This document shows positions 21,991-23,382 of a DNA stretch of 23,382 nucleotides, piece by piece; positions within the stretch are counted from its first letter, which is position 1, and the number at the start of each line of letters is the position of its first letter. The DNA lies in NCBI GenBank assembly GCA_024626585.2, contig JANKJI020000004.1, forward strand, positions 3,311,812 to 3,335,193, read 5' to 3'. Both the position numbers and the translations under genes were made by a program. The notes under the pieces are model-generated. The model made no database searches. It worked only from the letters and a program-made list of their open reading frames with translations, and was not told the origin of the DNA. This stretch comes from Ginkgo biloba (taxonomy: Eukaryota; Plantae; Ginkgophyta).

Positions 21991-23382
21991 TAACACTATC
22001 TATGACTATAGATGGACCATCCTTTACAAAAGTAAATGACGATGCCTTTGATACTATGGTCATTTGAATCAACTGCTAGTTCATATTCGGAATATGCATA
22101 TCATTGCACAACTGAAAAATAATCAAATATGAATCACACAAGCCTAACCTCCATAGGGAAATTGAGATTGGGGTAAGTTCCAATGGAGAAGAATCCACAT
22201 GTGTTATGGTTAATTGGATGTAGGAGGCATATGAGCTTAACCCACATACATAAGACAACCTGTATAAATTCTATGATATGACAATTGAGGATAGAGAAGA
22301 TCAATCAAACAAGTAAGGCATGATTATATTAGATAATTGTAGTGACATTTTAGAAGGAGATGAAACATTAGAAGTAGAGATTGCAACAAAAATTCCAAAT
22401 TCAACCATGTTCAATCCAAAAACTAGAGCGTAGATTTGCATCTACAATCTTGTGAAAAGTGGTGGGAATAAGAAAAATCTAAATGGAAAGCACCATGGTG
22501 CCTACAATTTTCATTAACCCTATGAGGTTATGAACTATGTTGGGTTTTATGACACAATTATGAGGTATGAAATTGGAACAAATCTTGTGAAATCTTCACC
22601 ACTAGGCAAATTTTATGAAATATTTACCGCTAGGTTTTGTAGGAAGAAACTTTTTCAACCTATGTTAATATCAAACTAAAGGAACACATAAAGAAATTAT
22701 GGAAACAACATGATATATCATGCGGATTATGGATTTATTTGTTTCCACACTCCCTCAGTTAGAGTGGTGTCGACAATATGAAAAGCAATGAAACTTTAGT
22801 TCGAATGCATGTATGAAGTAGTTTACTTCTTTTTTTTTCCTTATAAATCAGATATTCCAGTAATAGACATTATATTAAATAAAATTAAGAAGTTACTGAC
22901 AAAAGGAAAAAAAACTATCAAGAACTGTTTTAGCATAAAATGTACACCACCTATAATTAACAATGTAAAGAAACTACTACCTTTAGAATGTCCAATGCAC
23001 AACAAATATAAGGAGATTAAAGAAGACGTTAACCAATTGTATAATTCATACCTGCAAAATATTTTGAATTAAACTTCAAGGATAGAGTTATTATTGAGAC
23101 AAGTACGTAAAGGTTGTTCTATAAAACCATGTACTAGTTTTTTTTCAATAAGATAATCGAAGAATTGAAATCAAGTTTTGGATTTCAAGAATTCTTAGAG
23201 ATTTTGCATCTTGTAGAATCTATTGATTTTCAATCTCTCTTGATTCTTAGAGAGAATAGAATAATTTTCCTTTTTATGTGTTTTTGTATGGAATCAAATC
23301 CACCTTCAAAAGATAAAAGAGCTTAGAAGGACAAAATCTTTCATTTTGGAGAGTTCCAAGCCATTTTGCTATTGGTAAACAA

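Noticed and set aside
22809-23072. 87-aa ORF
   Set aside because: AT-rich K/I/N-biased chance ORF with no motif.
17485-23382. Search for the next ACA exon (LGMxF...FNSxKKR)
   Set aside because: Not found by eye; it presumably lies in a gap or beyond the window, which is unremarkable given the intron sizes.

Overview
This is eukaryotic plant nuclear DNA from a gapped draft assembly: AT-rich, CpG-depleted, with many N runs, several exactly 100 N. Long TE-filled introns suggest a large-genome land plant such as a gymnosperm or fern (inference). The window lies inside one + strand gene for a P2B-type Ca2+-ATPase (ACA). Eight small exons are recognisable: 3370-3459, 3546-3615, 5078-5148, 10304-10346, 10428-10511, 13765-13848, 13986-~14033 and 17422-17484. 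They cover TM1-TM2, the CSDKTGTLT phosphorylation site and the start of the N domain. The exons for the A domain, TM3 and TM4 are not visible between 5148 and 10304, and the exon at 13986 has no good in-phase donor. The model is therefore either incompletely assembled or pseudogenised. The introns hold decayed retroelements (LINE RT, Ty3/Gypsy gag-protease, Ty3/Gypsy RT, a probable Tat-like PBS with a ~25-bp array) and an internally duplicated block with an 18-bp coding-like minisatellite. I see no CRISPR array, RNA gene or prokaryotic system, and no new biological system I can support. The most interesting points are the ACA's mixed-clade sequence with an apparent extra intron, and its structural anomalies. 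All homology calls are by-eye motif recognition from memory, not database results.
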